Shown here: piece by piece, positions 12,908 to 27,790 of the stretch
Position numbering within the stretch: the first letter of the stretch is position 1
Layout: each line of letters starts with the position of its first letter
Origin: Octopus sinensis
Taxonomy: Eukaryota
Assembly (NCBI RefSeq): GCF_006345805.1
Contig: NC_043008.1
Location: forward strand, 19,220,001-19,284,000
Reading direction: 5' to 3'
Length of the DNA stretch: 64,000 nucleotides
Notes under the pieces: generated by a model
Told to the model about the DNA's origin: nothing
The model's database searches: none
Seen by the model: the letters and a program-made list of their open reading frames with translations, nothing else
Made by a program: the position numbers and the translations under genes

Positions 12908-13704
12908 GTTCGGAAATTTCTCCTCACACCGTATACCATAACAATCGAAATAATTTTAGTTTTATACTAATATCGCCCTCTCCCCCTCCATACTCCGCTG
13001 TTTTACCCCCACCTCCACCCTTTTATTTCTTTTCTTTTCTCTCTCTTTTTTTTCCGTTTCTTTTTATTTAAATGTTATTAAATATTATTACTTGCAGACG
13101 AAGTTTTGCCGCCAACAATGAAATAATATATTGATCACTTAAAGCCGCTTTATATCATCTATTACGTTACCAAAATTGTATAACAATGTCTGAACTTTTC
13201 CTTTTAGAGTCGCAGAAATATTTCACTCCAGGTCAATTCATGACCGTCTTTGAAATTAAGCCAAATCTCTATTAAGGCGGCGAGCTGGCAGAATCGAAAG
13301 CATGTTGGACAAAATGTTTAGCGGCCTTTCTTCCGGCTCTTTACATTCTAAGTTCAAATTCTGCCGAGGTCGACTTTGCTTTTCATCCCTTCGGGTCGAA
13401 AAAAAAAAGTACCTTTTGAGCACTGGGGTTGATGTAATCAACTTACCCACTCCTAAAAAAATTTCAGGCATTGTGCACAGAATATAAAGATTTCTTGAAC
13501 TGTGTGCCATTGTGTTGATTGCCGAATTCTCACTCAACACACTAAAACCCTTGTTTCATAGTTGGCGCTATTTCTTCTTTCGACATTTTCTTCTTCTTCG
13601 ACTACTACAACGGCTTCTGTTTATCTAAACTACCAAGCTTGCATAGCAACTCAGCCTAAGCCGATCTGATCCACTTATAATCAGTACTTTCTTTTCTCTC
13701 TCTT

Positions 13705-13754
<50 letters not shown>

Positions 13755-14065
13755 TATATATGCTTTTCCAATCCTTGCTCCAGAATATCCACTTTGTTTA
13801 GGTTTATTTTTTTCATACCAACACTACATAAGTTGTTTTATGCATAAGTGTGTGTGTGAGTAAGTATATTTGTTTGTATATCGGTATATTACTGAATATA
13901 GCATACAACTGGCCAGTCTGTTACCGTCGGTTTCATGCCATTTGGCAATATTATGCAATGGTCGATGCGAAACCTACGGTAACATTCAGACCAACTACAT
14001 GCCAGAACCAGCAATAATATAAAAACATAACTGCTTCTCTTCTTATATTGAATGTATGTATAAAA

Positions 14066-14155
14066 CCGAATTTACTCGCGTATAAGACGCACCCGTGTCA
14101 ATTTCAGTTAAAAATCAAGTCTAAAAAAGTGCAATTAATACGCGAGTAAAAACGG
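14066..14155. mobile_element. Short Tc2/Kanga-like MITE
   Basis: Imperfect TIR ccgaatttactcgcgtat / atacgcgagtaaaaacgg|ta. Confidence 0.55.
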
Positions 14156-14158
14156 TAT

Positions 14159-14235
<77 letters not shown>

Positions 14236-14643
14236 ATATATATGTGTGCGTGTGGTGTGTGTGTGTGTATATATAATCGGAGACTTATAGTGTGCTTTCC
14301 GAAGCTCCTTTCCAGGTATCGGCTAGCAAATGTTATCATACAATAGGACTTCTGATTCTGGGTGTACATGTAAAAATCCGCAAGTATCCGTAGAGAAAAC
14401 CAAAAGAATTTTGATACGAGAACCATCTTCTCGTATTAAAATTTATATAGGTGTAGGCGTAGCTGTATGGTAAGAAGTTTGCTTCCCAACCACATGGTTC
14501 CGGGTTCGATCCCACTGTATGACACCTTGGGCAAGTGCCTTCTACTATAATCTCAGCCTCGGGTCAATTAAAGCCTTGTGAGTGTCGCATGTGTGTGTGT
14601 GAGCGTGCGTATCTTTGTGTCTGTCCAGCACCACCGCTTGACC

Positions 14644-14783
14644 CACTAGCGTAGCTAGTGGGTGGCGATCCGCCCCGGGCGGCACTTTTGAGTCTGCAGT
14701 AGGCAATATGTGTTTTCTGTGGGGTCCAGAGGCGGTAAACGGAAGGGCTGCCCCGGGCAGCACACACTCTAGCTACGCTAGTG
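14644..14783. mobile_element. hAT-type MITE nested in a type A SINE
   Basis: Perfect 15-bp TIR cactagcgtagctag; 8-bp TSD gcttgacc/acttgacc. Confidence 0.75.
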
Positions 14784-15489
14784 ACTTGACCACCGATGCT
14801 GGTGTGTTTACGTCTCCGCAACTTAGCGGTTCGGCCAGAGTGACCGATAGAATAAGTAACCAGGCGTTAAAAACTTAAGCCCTGAAGCCACTTCTTCAAG
14901 GCGATTCCCCAAGATGACCGCAGTCCAACGACTGAAACAAGTAAAGGAAATCATTAAAGATTATGTCTTATTTTTCGATAGCAATGCTTTTTATGTTTTC
15001 CCAAATAAAATTGCACTTCATGTTTTACGCTCCGAGGAAGCTTTAGGGCGATGCCCTAGCATTCAGCTATTACATCTCATAGCCGAAACTGTTGTGAGCT
15101 AATGAGATTCACAACAATTTTTCATTCATATGTCATTTTAATTTCTTATATATATGAACTAGTGACCCTAGCTATGTTAGTATTTTCACGTTTTGGTAGT
15201 TGTACGACCCGGACGTCTTCAAGTGCCTATCGTATTTGGTAATGAGAGGCGGGGGTAGGTTAGATTTTGTTTTTTCCTACTTGCGATGTTACTTGCTCTT
15301 TCCATTGGAACCAGAGAAAGTAGATTGAGCTTCAACTCATGATCACGAGCGAGCTAAAGTGTTAGGATGAACACTTAATGTTTATATTGATGAGATTTAA
15401 ATTTGGATCTAATGATTTTTACATGTGCATATACATGTAGATATAAGTACATATACGCATGTATATAATGAGAGAGAGAAAGAGATGTG

Positions 15490-15520
<31 letters not shown>

Positions 15521-15773
15521 ATGTATATATATATGCATACATACACATGCATTTATACACATAAACATTTAGATATACATGTATATACATCGGGCAGACA
15601 GAGAGATGTATATACATACATATATGCATATAAATAAATATATTTATACAGCTCTCTCTCTCTGTCTCCTCTCTCTCTGTCTCTCTCTCTCTCTCTTAAA
15701 CTGTGTGCCATTGTGTTGATTGTCGAATTCTCACTCTACACACAAAAACACATGTATATATATATAATATATA

Positions 15774-15808
<35 letters not shown>

Positions 15809-15865
15809 ATGTATGTAGTATACATATACATATACACATATACATACATAGAGAGAGGGAGAGAG

Positions 15866-15911
<46 letters not shown>

Positions 15912-16799
15912 AGCGAGAGAGGGTGTCATCACGCTCCTTGCATTTTCTGAAATTATCAGACTCGGTCAATGTGCGATATTCATAATTCAGCTGAGAAATT
16001 AGACAATATTTAAACAGTGACACGATTTCAAGAACCAACCTTAAAATCCTCTAAACTAAAAATAACCAGATCCAGAAACAAACAAAGACATTATTGAATA
16101 AATAGATATGTATTAACGGTTATATCATTTGATCCGTTGTACACCTGTAACAATATAATAATCCATAACGTCACAAAATCACACAAGTGTTTGCAAGTGT
16201 TATGATGTATGTATGTGTTGATATATCCTGTCTGAAAGAGATTGTTTGAGGGGATACGAAGTTTTCTTTCTGGATTTCTTTCCCTTCTGTGAATACATAG
16301 ATCCACACGTTTTTCTGGGATCTCAGGAGATTCCTAGACCGACCCAGGGGGTACAATGTACTCTTAGAACCTCTCCTCACCATCACAGAGGTTCTGTATG
16401 CATAAACAGGAGAATGTTGTGTTGTGTGCGCGCAAAAACAAGTTTATGTATAAATACATACAACGAATCGTATATAAATGTATATATCTGATATAAATAA
16501 TAATCAAATTATTGTATACATGACTCAGGTGCACTAATTATATTGTAAGAAATAAATACAAATATTTACTTACCATGGTTTTCGAGAGAGCAACTGCTTC
16601 AAGAGATAGGGTAAATCACTCACTGCTTGTTCGTCCACCTGTATGGTATATAGGTACGATATGCATGTATATAATTGTATTTATATATATGTGTGTGTAT
16701 AGATGTGTGTGTGTGTGTAATTCTAACTATTTATGTATTTATATTGTTTAGCGGCGTGGTTATAGATGTGTGTATGTTTACAGAAAAATATAAACAGAC

Positions 16800-16836
<37 letters not shown>

Positions 16837-16957
16837 TGTAGGTTTATAGATAGATAGACAGACAGACAGATGTGTGTGTGTTCGTAGCAAGTCAAAATAA
16901 GTACACAAATATATACATATATTTATACGTATACATGTATGTATGTATATATGTATA

Positions 16958-17022
<65 letters not shown>

Positions 17023-17036
17023 GTGTGTGTGTGTGG

Positions 17037-17069
<33 letters not shown>

Positions 17070-17479
17070 ATATATACACTACATATGTTAGACGTTGAGA
17101 TCAGATGTATATACACATAGCTTTCAGTACTACACACACACACACATACACACACAAACGTCTATAGGTGTGTTATATATCTATGAATGTAGTACCGCTT
17201 CAATTTCTTTTATAAATGAAATACATACAAACATACATACATACATCTATATATACATACACACACATATATATACAGTTGTAGTCTGATCCAGTTAACT
17301 ATACAGGTGTTTCTTAGTAGCCTACCTTTAAGTATATATATATATATTTATATAAAATGCGTGTGTTGTGTCGTTAAGTAAAACCTCCCAGACACGCACG
17401 GACAGCTAATGCTACAAAATGCTAGCTACTAGTTGTACTAATGCTCTTCATGGTAACGTTGCGTGAATTCAAAACACAC

Positions 17480-18017
17480 ACACATACACGCAACCTTCCC
17501 CCTCTCTCTCTTTCTCTCCTTCTTTTCATTCTGCTTTGATTAATCATATCTCTCTTTCTTCTATTTCTTTTTCTCTCTCTCCCCTTTCTGCCACTCCCAA
17601 TCTCTTTCTCTCTTTTTGCCTCTCCCCTTTTTTCTCTCTCTTCCTTTCACTGTCTCTCTCTCTTTTCTCTCTTTTTGTGCTTTTCTCCCTCTCTCTCTCT
17701 CCTCTTTCTTTCTCCCATTCCCTCGCCTTACTATCTCTCACTCTCACGTCTTTCTTTTTCTAACCCTCTCTCTTACTCTTGTCTTTCTATCCCCCTATCT
17801 CTCTCTCACTTTTCTTTTTCCCTTTCTCTTCCCCGTTATAGCTTTCTTCTTCTTTCTCTCTTATATTATGTTCTCTCTCTCTAACCCTCTCTTACTCTTG
17901 TCTTTCTATCCCCCTCTCTCTCTCTCACTTTTTTCTCTTTCTCTTCCCCGTTATAGCTTTCTTCTTCTTTCTCTCCTATATTATGTTCTCTCTCCCTCTC
18001 TCTCTTTCTCTCTCTAC

Positions 18018-18052
<35 letters not shown>

Positions 18053-18591
18053 CACATACACACACAAACACTATTTTACATTCTGGATCCGTTGGAGACA
18101 CCACGTCGTTCGACCTACCGTCAAGATGCCATTAGACCTTTTCCTTCAGTGCTAACCTGAGGCTAAATAATAACGACTTATTCCTCCTTTACTACCTTTG
18201 TCTTTCACCCTATAATTTCTATTTTCCCACACCTGTGATTTCTTTTCTATTTGTTTCTTTTTTTTTTCTCGTTGTCTTCCTCGTTCAAACTTAAACTTTT
18301 GTTTGCTTTGTTACACACTCAGTTTATCTATCTATCGATCTATCAGTCTGCCTGTCTGACTATCTGTCAATGATCTATCTGTATATCTGTCTATCTGCCT
18401 GTCTATCTATCTATCTATCTGTCTGTCTGTCTATCAATTATCTATCCGTCTGTCTAACAACCTGTCTGTCTGCCTTTCTGCCTATCTGTCTATCTATCCC
18501 TCTATCTATCAATCTCTCTATCTATCTATCTGTCTATCTATTTATCTATCTGTCAATCTCTCTGCCTATCTATCAATCATCTATCTGTCTA

Positions 18592-18635
<44 letters not shown>

Positions 18636-18720
18636 AATCTCTCAATCAGTCTCTCTGCCTATGTCAATCATCTATCTGTCTATCTATCCATTTGTTTGTC
18701 TATCTCACTGTCTAATAAAA
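17480..18720. repeat. CT-rich low-complexity tract and (CTAT/CTGT)n microsatellites
   Basis: Polypyrimidine tract with a ~121-bp tandem duplication (17760/17881), followed by tetranucleotide repeats. Confidence 0.85.
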
Positions 18721-19557
18721 CACTTCTTTCCCTCTATCACTCTCTCTTAATATATACATATCGATCTTGCCCTCCAGCAATCTTTTTCTCGCTTTTCTCA
18801 TTCCTTTTCATATAACCTCCTCTCCTTTTTTCTTTCTCCCACTCTCTCTTTCTCAATATTTCCTTTCATTTTCTGTCTCTCCTCTCCGAGCGTGTGTGAT
18901 GATTAAGATTCTTAGAATATGAGAGAGAAAACAGTGACAAATCATGTAAAACAAGAAAGAATTAAATAATAATACTGAAAAATCTAGTGCTTAAAGTTCA
19001 TTAAATTAAGGTAGCGACAAGGAATCTTAAGTGCTTTAAGCAAGACGAAGCAAAAACGCGTGTAAAGTTTAAAACTTAAAAGTTAAGTGGCAAGAGAAAA
19101 AATGCGATACTAGTTCAACTATAAGAAGAGAGAAGACACATTATTATGAGACAGCAATACTAATTAAGACATCTTAGCAGCATTATATCAGTACCCTGGG
19201 CCCTATTGTATTAATTGATTGCTAGCCACAGCATATATAGGGCAGAATTGGGGTCCTTAGACCCCGCCTACCCGTGAGGCCTCTGGACATTAAGACGCCA
19301 TTGAATACCACTGTGGTGTTTTATGCTTAAAACAAAAGCATTTTTAAGATATATAAGTTTGAAGTATTATTTATTGTCTCTGAGGGAAATTTGATAGTTT
19401 TTTCTTTTGTTTATATTTTCTTTTTCTAATTTTTCTTTCTATTTTATTTGAAGGTTTTCTGTTTTCGAAATCACATCCGTGACATGAGGAGGGATCGTCC
19501 GACTTACTTCATACCATCGTTAAATTTTCGTTTCTTTGTCTTTTCTTTTATTTCACA

Positions 19558-19954
19558 CTAGCAGTATCGCCCGGCGTTGCTCGGGTTTGTAAGGGAAATA
19601 ACTATATAAGCATTTTTAGAGAGTTATAGCCAAAAAACAGCAAAAAAAATGCATTAAAAATGGAAAAAAAATTATGGTAAATTTTTTTTTTAATCGTTGA
19701 CTCATCGTAGACATTTTTAGAGAGTTACTTCCCTTATATAATAGCGAAAAAATACATTAAAATGGAAAAAAATGATGGTAATTTTTTTAAAATCGTAGAC
19801 TCATCGTAGACGCGCGCTAATACCCAGAAGGGCTCGATATGAATCACGACTATAAGATACCCGGTTTTGGTTACACTGCACCGCAAAATGCGGGAGTAGT
19901 TAGGAATCTAAATCGTAGGAGACAGACACACAACTTCTCTTTTATATATAAAGA
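19558..19954 (-). mobile_element. Non-autonomous Helitron (body type C)
   Basis: A|TCTTTATATATAAAAG...CCCGAGCAACGCCGGG...CTAG|T. Confidence 0.82.
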
Positions 19955-20672
19955 TTTCTCTCTATCTATCCCTCTTTCTCTCCCTCTCAGACACACACAC
20001 GCTCACGCAAACACTCACTTACGTCTCTCAAACCACAATTATACAAATCCGCCTCTCACGACATTCAAATTAATACGACACTATTTTTAAATACTCCGTC
20101 CAACCTGTTACACTTCCAGTATATAACCAAGCAACATTTGCATACATAATTAATACTTGTAAACTAAGCTACAGGTGTACTAATTCTCAAGACAGCAGTC
20201 CGGAGAATTTTTGATGTTCTCGGTAAACTGCACTTTTGGCGCTATTTACGAAACTTGTATGAAGAAACAGCATAACGGTTCAATACTCATATATCCTTTT
20301 CTACTCTAGGCACAAGGCCCGAAATTTTGGGGGTGGGGGCCAGTCAGTTACATCGACCCTAGTACGCAACTGGTACTTAATTTATCGACTCCAAAAGGAT
20401 GAACGGCAAAGTCGACCTCGGCCGAATTTGAACTCGGAACGTAAAGACAGACGAAATACCTATTTCTTTACTACCCACGAGGAGCTAAACACAGAAGGGA
20501 CAAACGGATTAAGTCGATTACATCGACCCCAGTGCGTAACAGGTACTTATTTAATCGACCCCGAAAGGATGAAAGGTAAAGTCGATTTGGCGGAATTTGA
20601 ACTCAGAACGTAACGCCAGACGAAATACCGCTATGCATTTCGCCCGGCGTGCTAACGTTTCTGCCAACTCGC

Positions 20673-21231
20673 GGCAAGACTTCCGCCCCCGCCACCCCCC
20701 AAAAAAACCACCCTTTAAAAAAATTTTTTTTGCAACTCAAACCCCCTTTTTCAGCTACGGGGAAAATGAATCTACATTTCTAAATTACCACCTCCCCCCC
20801 ACTCCCATTTCCTTCATTTTAAACTTTTTTCACAATTTTTCCCCCAAAATATGCGGGGAAAATACGGAGATTTTGATTCTAAAATAATTTCCCAAAATCC
20901 TTGTAAAATTTTTTTTTAAGAATTTTTTTTTTTTTCTAAATATGGACATCATGATTCATGAAAAATATGGACTTCATGATTCAGACAAAAATTTCAAAAC
21001 ATTTCTGTACTTACGGTTACAGTTTTAGGGTTAGGGTTTTCGGGTCAGTGTTAGGGAAAAAAGTCAAAATTAAAGAAGTTGGAGGTTAAAAAATTTCACA
21101 ATGCTGAGTTTTGGCAATTTTCCGAAACCTCTGTATCCCAAAATGGGTATTTTTGGCAAAAAAAAAAAAAAAAAATTACAAAAATAAAAAAATTTGGGAG
21201 AAAATAGGTGGGGACAGGCGGAAGTCTTTCC
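20673..21231 (+). mobile_element. GG-ended (Merlin-like) MITE with telomere-like tract, inserted into a SINE
   Basis: TIR ggcaagacttccgcc / ggcggaagtctttcc; degenerate 8-bp TSD caactcgc/cagtttgc, both derivable from SINE consensus cagctcgc. Confidence 0.7.
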
Positions 21232-23218
21232 CAGTTTGCCACCTTTCAGTACTCATATCACCAAAGACTTTTGTCTTGATTCGTAAAATAAAAAGAAGTA
21301 AAGTTTTGATGTTTCGAATTGGGCATTTTCTTGGATGTTTTTGGTGTACAAAAAATTATATAGCTCTGACACTAATCGCTATGCAATAATTTGAATAAGC
21401 ATGTCACGTCGACCATCATGTGTCAATAAAGTATTGTAAAACATCTTTCCTTGTGTCTTTATTCCTGTTAAGTCGTTGTGTCCGGAAAAAAGTCGTTTAT
21501 TAAAGTAGTAAAGCAAATATTTGAAATAAATTATCATAACAATACATGACTTATACACAATTTATATTTGATGGCATTAGACGTGGAGGGAGGTGGGAAA
21601 CCTTTTTATTCAATTTCTTAAACAAAATAGGACAGGTGACAAAAAATTAAGCCATAGTTGAAAACTTTTCATATCGTGGCATTACATGTACGTAACGGAA
21701 AGCTACAGAATATCTAGGCTAAGATTCGAAACCCAATCTACATTTTTTCACATTGCCAAACAAGTTTTCGATCCATTGTCATAGCTTTTTGGCACTAAGT
21801 GATTAATGGGGTGAAGTGGTTGGCATTAGGAAGTGGGTCCAGCTATAGAAACCATGCCAGGAGTAGTCCTGTGGCTAGTTGGTTCCAATTGAACCAACAC
21901 ATACCAGTACGGAAAACAAACATTCAATGATGATTATATATATATATTTATAGGCGCAGGAGTGGCTGTGTGGTAAGTAGCTTGCTAACCAACCACATGG
22001 TTCCGGGTTCAGTCCCACTGCATGGCACCTTAGGCAAGTGTCTTCTGCTATAGCCCCGGGCCGACCAATGCCTTGTGAGTGGATTTGGTAGACGGAAACT
22101 GAAAGAAGCCTGTCGTATATATGTATATATATATATATATGTATGTGTGTGTTTGTCCCCCTAGCATTGCTTGACAACCGATGCTGGTGTGTTTATGTCC
22201 CTGTCACTTAGCAGTTCGGCAAAAGAGACCGACAGAATAAGTACTGGGCTTACAAAGAATAAGTTCCGGGGTCGATTTGCTCGACTAAAGGCGGTGCTCC
22301 AGCATGGCCGCAGTCAAATGACTGAAACAAGTAAAAGAGTAAAAGAGAAAGAGTATACATATGAGAGGAATGACCACCTATGTGGACAACTCTTATACTA
22401 GAAGTAGATCCGCTATGGTCTTACCACTAAGGAATGTTCTCAAGAAAAATTTAGCCAACACCAGAACGTAAGCGAGCAAGACAAATGAAAAGTAACAAAA
22501 CTATAGATTATTCACATACAGCCCTATATGGTCAAAATATTCTGTTTTATGATCAAACTGGCTAGATCTGGTCTCTCACACAAACCCTAAGATAACGTTC
22601 TAAAAATTAATTGTTAACATTGTTAATAGTTACCTTATCAAAATCTCAAAGCTACAAGATAATGCATGATTAATTGAAAACAATGTAAATGCTAAAGTAT
22701 TAAACAGTTGATGAAAGATATTTCTAGTGCAAAAAAAAAAAAAAAACTGGAAAACAGTTTAGACCAGTGAATATCAACTGAGATCCATATGGCCCATGGA
22801 GGTTTCTATAAGATTTTGTTGTTGAAATTTATTTGCAAAGCAAAAGGTTGGTTGCAAAAAGTTATTGTCGTTGTGTAGTCCCGTGTCAGACCTATGATTT
22901 CAGATTAAGTACCAGATATGATTTCTTTTTTTTTTTTTTTGCTGGCATGGTATATCAAGGAATGCATTATCCAATGTGTCCTCCCCTTTTGATTTTTTTT
23001 TAAATGGCAGAATATGATATGAAGGAGATTTGGTCTGGTTACTATTTCTAGTAGGGCAAATGTCCACATTGAGGTTTGTCCAAATGTAGGAGCAAAGACC
23101 AGGGTAATAGTAGTCAAAAAGATACAGAAAAGGGGATGGAGATTATGATGATGATGGTGATCATCATCATCATTTTAATGTCCATTTTTCAAAGCTTACC
23201 TGGATGGATGAAGTTTAT

Positions 23219-23885
23219 AATAATAATAATAAAACATTGTGTACAGTGCTCAGGTGCACTACAACTCATCTAAAGTGTATGTATAGTACATAGGGTAATG
23301 TACAAGCGTCAGGAAAAGAACAGTGCATGAGTCATGACATACACATATGTGTATGAGTATGGAAGGGGGACAATCAGGTGTAGTTTCGGCGGATTTCGGA
23401 AAGCATGAGGGCCTTAAAGGATGCAGTGTCATGGCAGTCAACAACTGACGCAGGCAGTTTGTTCCATGCTTCAGCAACTCTGAGCATGAAAAAATGTTTC
23501 CGAAAGTCATGGGAGCTGTGCTGTTTTCTGACTTTGTAGGCATGTCCATGTGTGTTGGACACATGGAGATCAAAAAGGTGTTCGGTGGTTGATAACTTTG
23601 TGGGTGTTTACCAAGTCCATCGCCAGACGCCGGAGCTTCAGTGAATCCATGCCCAGGGAAACAAGGCGCTCAGAGTATGGTAGGTGTCTGATGGAGGGTA
23701 TGCGTTTGGTTGCACGTCTCTGAACAGATTCCAGGAGGTCAATGTTCTGAGCAAGATAGGGGCTCCAAACTGATGATGCGAATTCCAAGTGTGGTCGTAC
23801 CATAGCTGTATACAGCTTTAAATAGATGGCTGGAGAGCGGCTAACAAAAGTCTTGCTGAGTGATGCCAAGACACCCTCGGCCTTG
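23219..23885 (-). mobile_element. CR1-clade LINE 3' fragment (RT C-terminus plus 3' UTR)
   Basis: LYTAMVRPHLEFASSVWSPY...LESVQRRATK...LRRL and HGHAYK...RKHFF.LRVAEAWNKLP; (AAT)n tail. Confidence 0.9.
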
Positions 23886-24931
23886 AAGCAGATATTCTAA
23901 GGCTGGATCCCATTCCTGTAACAAACCCTCAACTGCTTCCAAGTAAAGTAGTATATTCACTTCTCTACTGATTACAAAGAGGAGAACAAGCTGAGGAGGG
24001 AAGACATGGACAGAAGACAAAAAAAAAAAAGAAAAAAAAAGAAATTCTCAAAGTCCTGTAGTTTTTAGGTGTCAATCATTTTTTAAGTTTTATTACATTT
24101 ATGACAAAGAGGATGTTCATGTGTGTGTGCTTATATATATATATAAATATAATACACAAACATTTTGTGATTTAACAATGCAACCAATGGTTTCATGCAG
24201 TGAAATTTTCACAATTATTAATGTGTTCCGCTTCAGAATGTTGGTAACTGGCCTCCATTGGTAGCACTGTTATTCTACAAGTAAAGTTCATATTTATCCA
24301 CCAAACGCAGCATCGAGTACTCACCCTCACTGTTTGCCACTATTGTGTGCGTGTATGTGTATATATTTGAATAAAAGAATAGAACTGGCTTTTCTGACAA
24401 TTTTTCCACTTTAATAAATTAGATGCTTATAAATTATTAGGTGTTATAAACACCTAACAACTTATAAATATCTAAATATTAAAGTGGAAAAATTATCAAA
24501 AAAACCCCCCATTTCTGTTCTTTATCTTTTTCAAATATATAATACTGTGCCAAGGACATTCTATTTGTAATTCCATTACATATATGTGTGTGTGTGTATG
24601 TGTGTACATATATATATTACACACATATCCTCTCATTTTACGTTTACCATGTATATACATACACACATATATATATATATAAACATACATATACACACAC
24701 ATAAATACATATATTTATATATATATATATACACACACATACATATATATATACACACATAAATACATACATACATACACACATACATACATATACACAC
24801 ATATGCACTCACATACATACATATGCACTCACATACATATATATATATATACACACACACATACATACATTCATATATATATATATATTATATATATATA
24901 TACAACCATACATACATATATATATACAACC

Positions 24932-24975
<44 letters not shown>

Positions 24976-26501
24976 ATTATCTAATATATACTTTTCCATG
25001 ATGGCATGGGTTAGACAAAACTTACTGAGCTTTTTGATATTTTTGTTGACCCCCAACAACCATTTGTTTCAAAAGAAAGTACTATCTCTCCTTGACCCTT
25101 GAATAATAAACAGCTCAGTGACCGGACATGTTTTCACAGTTACATATAAACCAAAATAACATTACAAACATAGTGACATTTTTTTCTTCTTAGCAGTGTG
25201 CAAACAACATCAAGACAACAGGGAAATACAAACCCCACCAACCCAAATGTATATGTACCAGGCTTCGTACTGCTTCTGTCAACAAATTCCATCCACAGAG
25301 CTTTGGTTAGCTCAAAGTTATAGCAGAAAACATTCGATCAGTATTGGATAATCGAAGCAAATCAAAAATCATATGATATGTGTTGTTGATTATCCGTTAT
25401 ACAGCACCTGTACTTACATAAAATATGGTAAAAAAACTGGGCTTCAGAAGGCAAACTGAAATGTCATATGAAGATGGTTCCCCAAAACAATTTTGTAACA
25501 CCTATTGCAAGAAGTGCCCATCATTACCAAATTTGAACCAAAGACCGTCAGTTTCTGGCAGGACTGAAAAGCAATGGCATTACCCAAAATTGAGTTGCAG
25601 ACATCATGTGTGTGTGTGTGTGTGTGTATATATTAATCTTTTACTTGTTTCAGTAATTGGATTGATGCCCCATGCTGGAGCATCACTTTGAAGGGTTTTA
25701 GCCAAACAAACTGACCCCCGTAGTTTTTTTTCTTTCTTTTGAAGGTCTTGTACTTATTCTACTGGTCTCATATGCTGACCTGTTAAGACATGAGGCCATA
25801 AACAAACCACCACAGGTTGTCAAGCACAAAACACTGTTATTTACGAGAAAACCTCTCACATGGACTTGTGGTGCATATAAGCACTCATGTCTATATCGCT
25901 AGTGGGAGATAAGTACTAGGAAGGCTGAAATCACATGATCAGGTAGTTCTGGCAGTGGTAGCAGACAATTATCTCCTGCTAGCGATACAAGCACAAGTGC
26001 CTACATGCACCACAAGTCCATATGAGAGATTCTCTCGTGGTAACTAATGCAGTATTTCGTGTTCTAACACAACACCCATTTTAAGCAGGGATAAATATCA
26101 CCTGAATCATATACATACATACAAAAACATGCATGTGCACACAGACAAATAAACGTACAAGCACAAAATCTTTTTATTTTACATGAAAATGTATGTGAAT
26201 GCAAGAGAGAGAGAGAGAGAGAGAATAAGACATGACATTCATGTACAGAAACCAAGCCAAAAGTGAGACTCCAGAGTGTGATGCAAGCCCTTTGCACATC
26301 CAAATGAGCAGAGCGCCCACAAATACGGTGACTCAAACCGTGGTGACCTGTCCAAACCATGCCAGCATAGAAAATGGACATAAAATGATGGTAGTTATAT
26401 ATATATATATATATATATATAATTACAAAACTGTCCGATGAACGGGAACGTGAAACTCCGAGTAACAGCTTTTGTTATATTTCTGCTGCTTTTAAATAAA
26501 G

Positions 26502-26540
<39 letters not shown>

Positions 26541-26543
26541 GTA

Positions 26544-26592
<49 letters not shown>

Positions 26593-26593
26593 G

Positions 26594-26634
<41 letters not shown>

Positions 26635-26639
26635 GTATG

Positions 26640-26697
<58 letters not shown>

Positions 26698-26930
26698 GTA
26701 TATATATATATAGGAGAGAGAGAGAGATATACACACACACATATATATATATATATAGATGTATATGTATGTAATACATATACATATATTTATATAGATG
26801 CATATAATAGAAAAGCAGAAATAATGAGTATGAAAAGGGCAAAACACAGAGACCGTCAAAACAGTTGACAATGAGGAATGTTACAAAAATATGACAATGA
26901 ATTAATAATAATAATAATAATAATAATAAT

Positions 26931-27790
26931 CCTTTCTAATAGAGGCACAAGGCCTGAAATTTGGGGGAGAGGTCTAGTTGATTACATCGACCTCAGTGTT
27001 TCAGTGGCACTTAATTTATCGACCCCAAAAGGATGAAAGGTAAAGTCGACCTCGGCAGAATTTGAACTCAGAACTAGCGGCAGGCGAAATACCGCTAAGC
27101 ATTTCGTCCAGCGTGCTAACGATTCTGCCAGCTCACCGCCTTAGCAATAATGAAATAATGATAATGATAATAATAATAATAATGATTTCAAATTTTGGCA
27201 CACGGCCAGTCTTTAAAGGGAGGGGGAAGTCGATTGCATCAAACCCCGCCAGTGTTCAACTGGTATGGTACTTATTTTATCGACCCTGGAAGGATGAGAG
27301 GGAAAGTTAACCTCAGCAGAATTTGAACTCAGAACATGAAGATGTAAAGACAGAAGAAATACTGTAAAGTATTTTGTACGGTGTGTTAATGATTCTGCCA
27401 GCTTAAACCTTTCTAATGGAAGCACAAGGCCTCAAATTTGGAGGGTGGGATTAAGGTGATTACATCGACCCCAGTGCATAACTGGTACTTATTTCATCAA
27501 CCTTGAAAGGATGAAAAGGCAAAGTCGACCTTGGTGGAAACAAAATGCTACTTAAGCATTTTGCCTAGTGTGCTAACAATTCTGCCAGCTCACCGCCTTA
27601 GAAATAATAATAATAATAATGGCTTCAGATTTTGGCACAAGGCCAGCAGGTTTGGGCAAGGGGCTTAAGTCAATTACATCGACCACCAGTGTTCAATTGG
27701 TACTTATTTCAGCGTCCTTGAAAGGATGAAAAGGTAAAGTGGACCTTGATGAAATTTGAACACACAATGTAAAGATGGACGAAATAATAA
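26931..27790 (-). mobile_element. Tandem array of ~4 type C SINE units separated by (AAT)n
   Basis: Repeated ggcacaaggcc...atcgaccc...gaaaggatgaaagg...gaactcagaac...ctgccagctc units. Confidence 0.8.

Noticed and set aside
16091-16491. Overlapping 70-80-aa ORFs in non-repetitive sequence
   Set aside because: No recognisable domain and no coherent splice context.
25415-25565. Possible minus-strand exon(s) of a downstream gene (tttcag...gtaagt)
   Set aside because: The long version has stops in all frames, the short versions have no recognisable homology, and there are no partner exons.
26438-26871. Long ORFs of IY/YI, LS, II and ER repeats (also 32552-32989, 37738-38242, 17616-18155, 8341-8718)
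   Set aside because: These are translations of (TA)n, (CT)n, (ATT)n and (GATA)n microsatellites; there is no protein signal apart from the embedded MRG15 exon.
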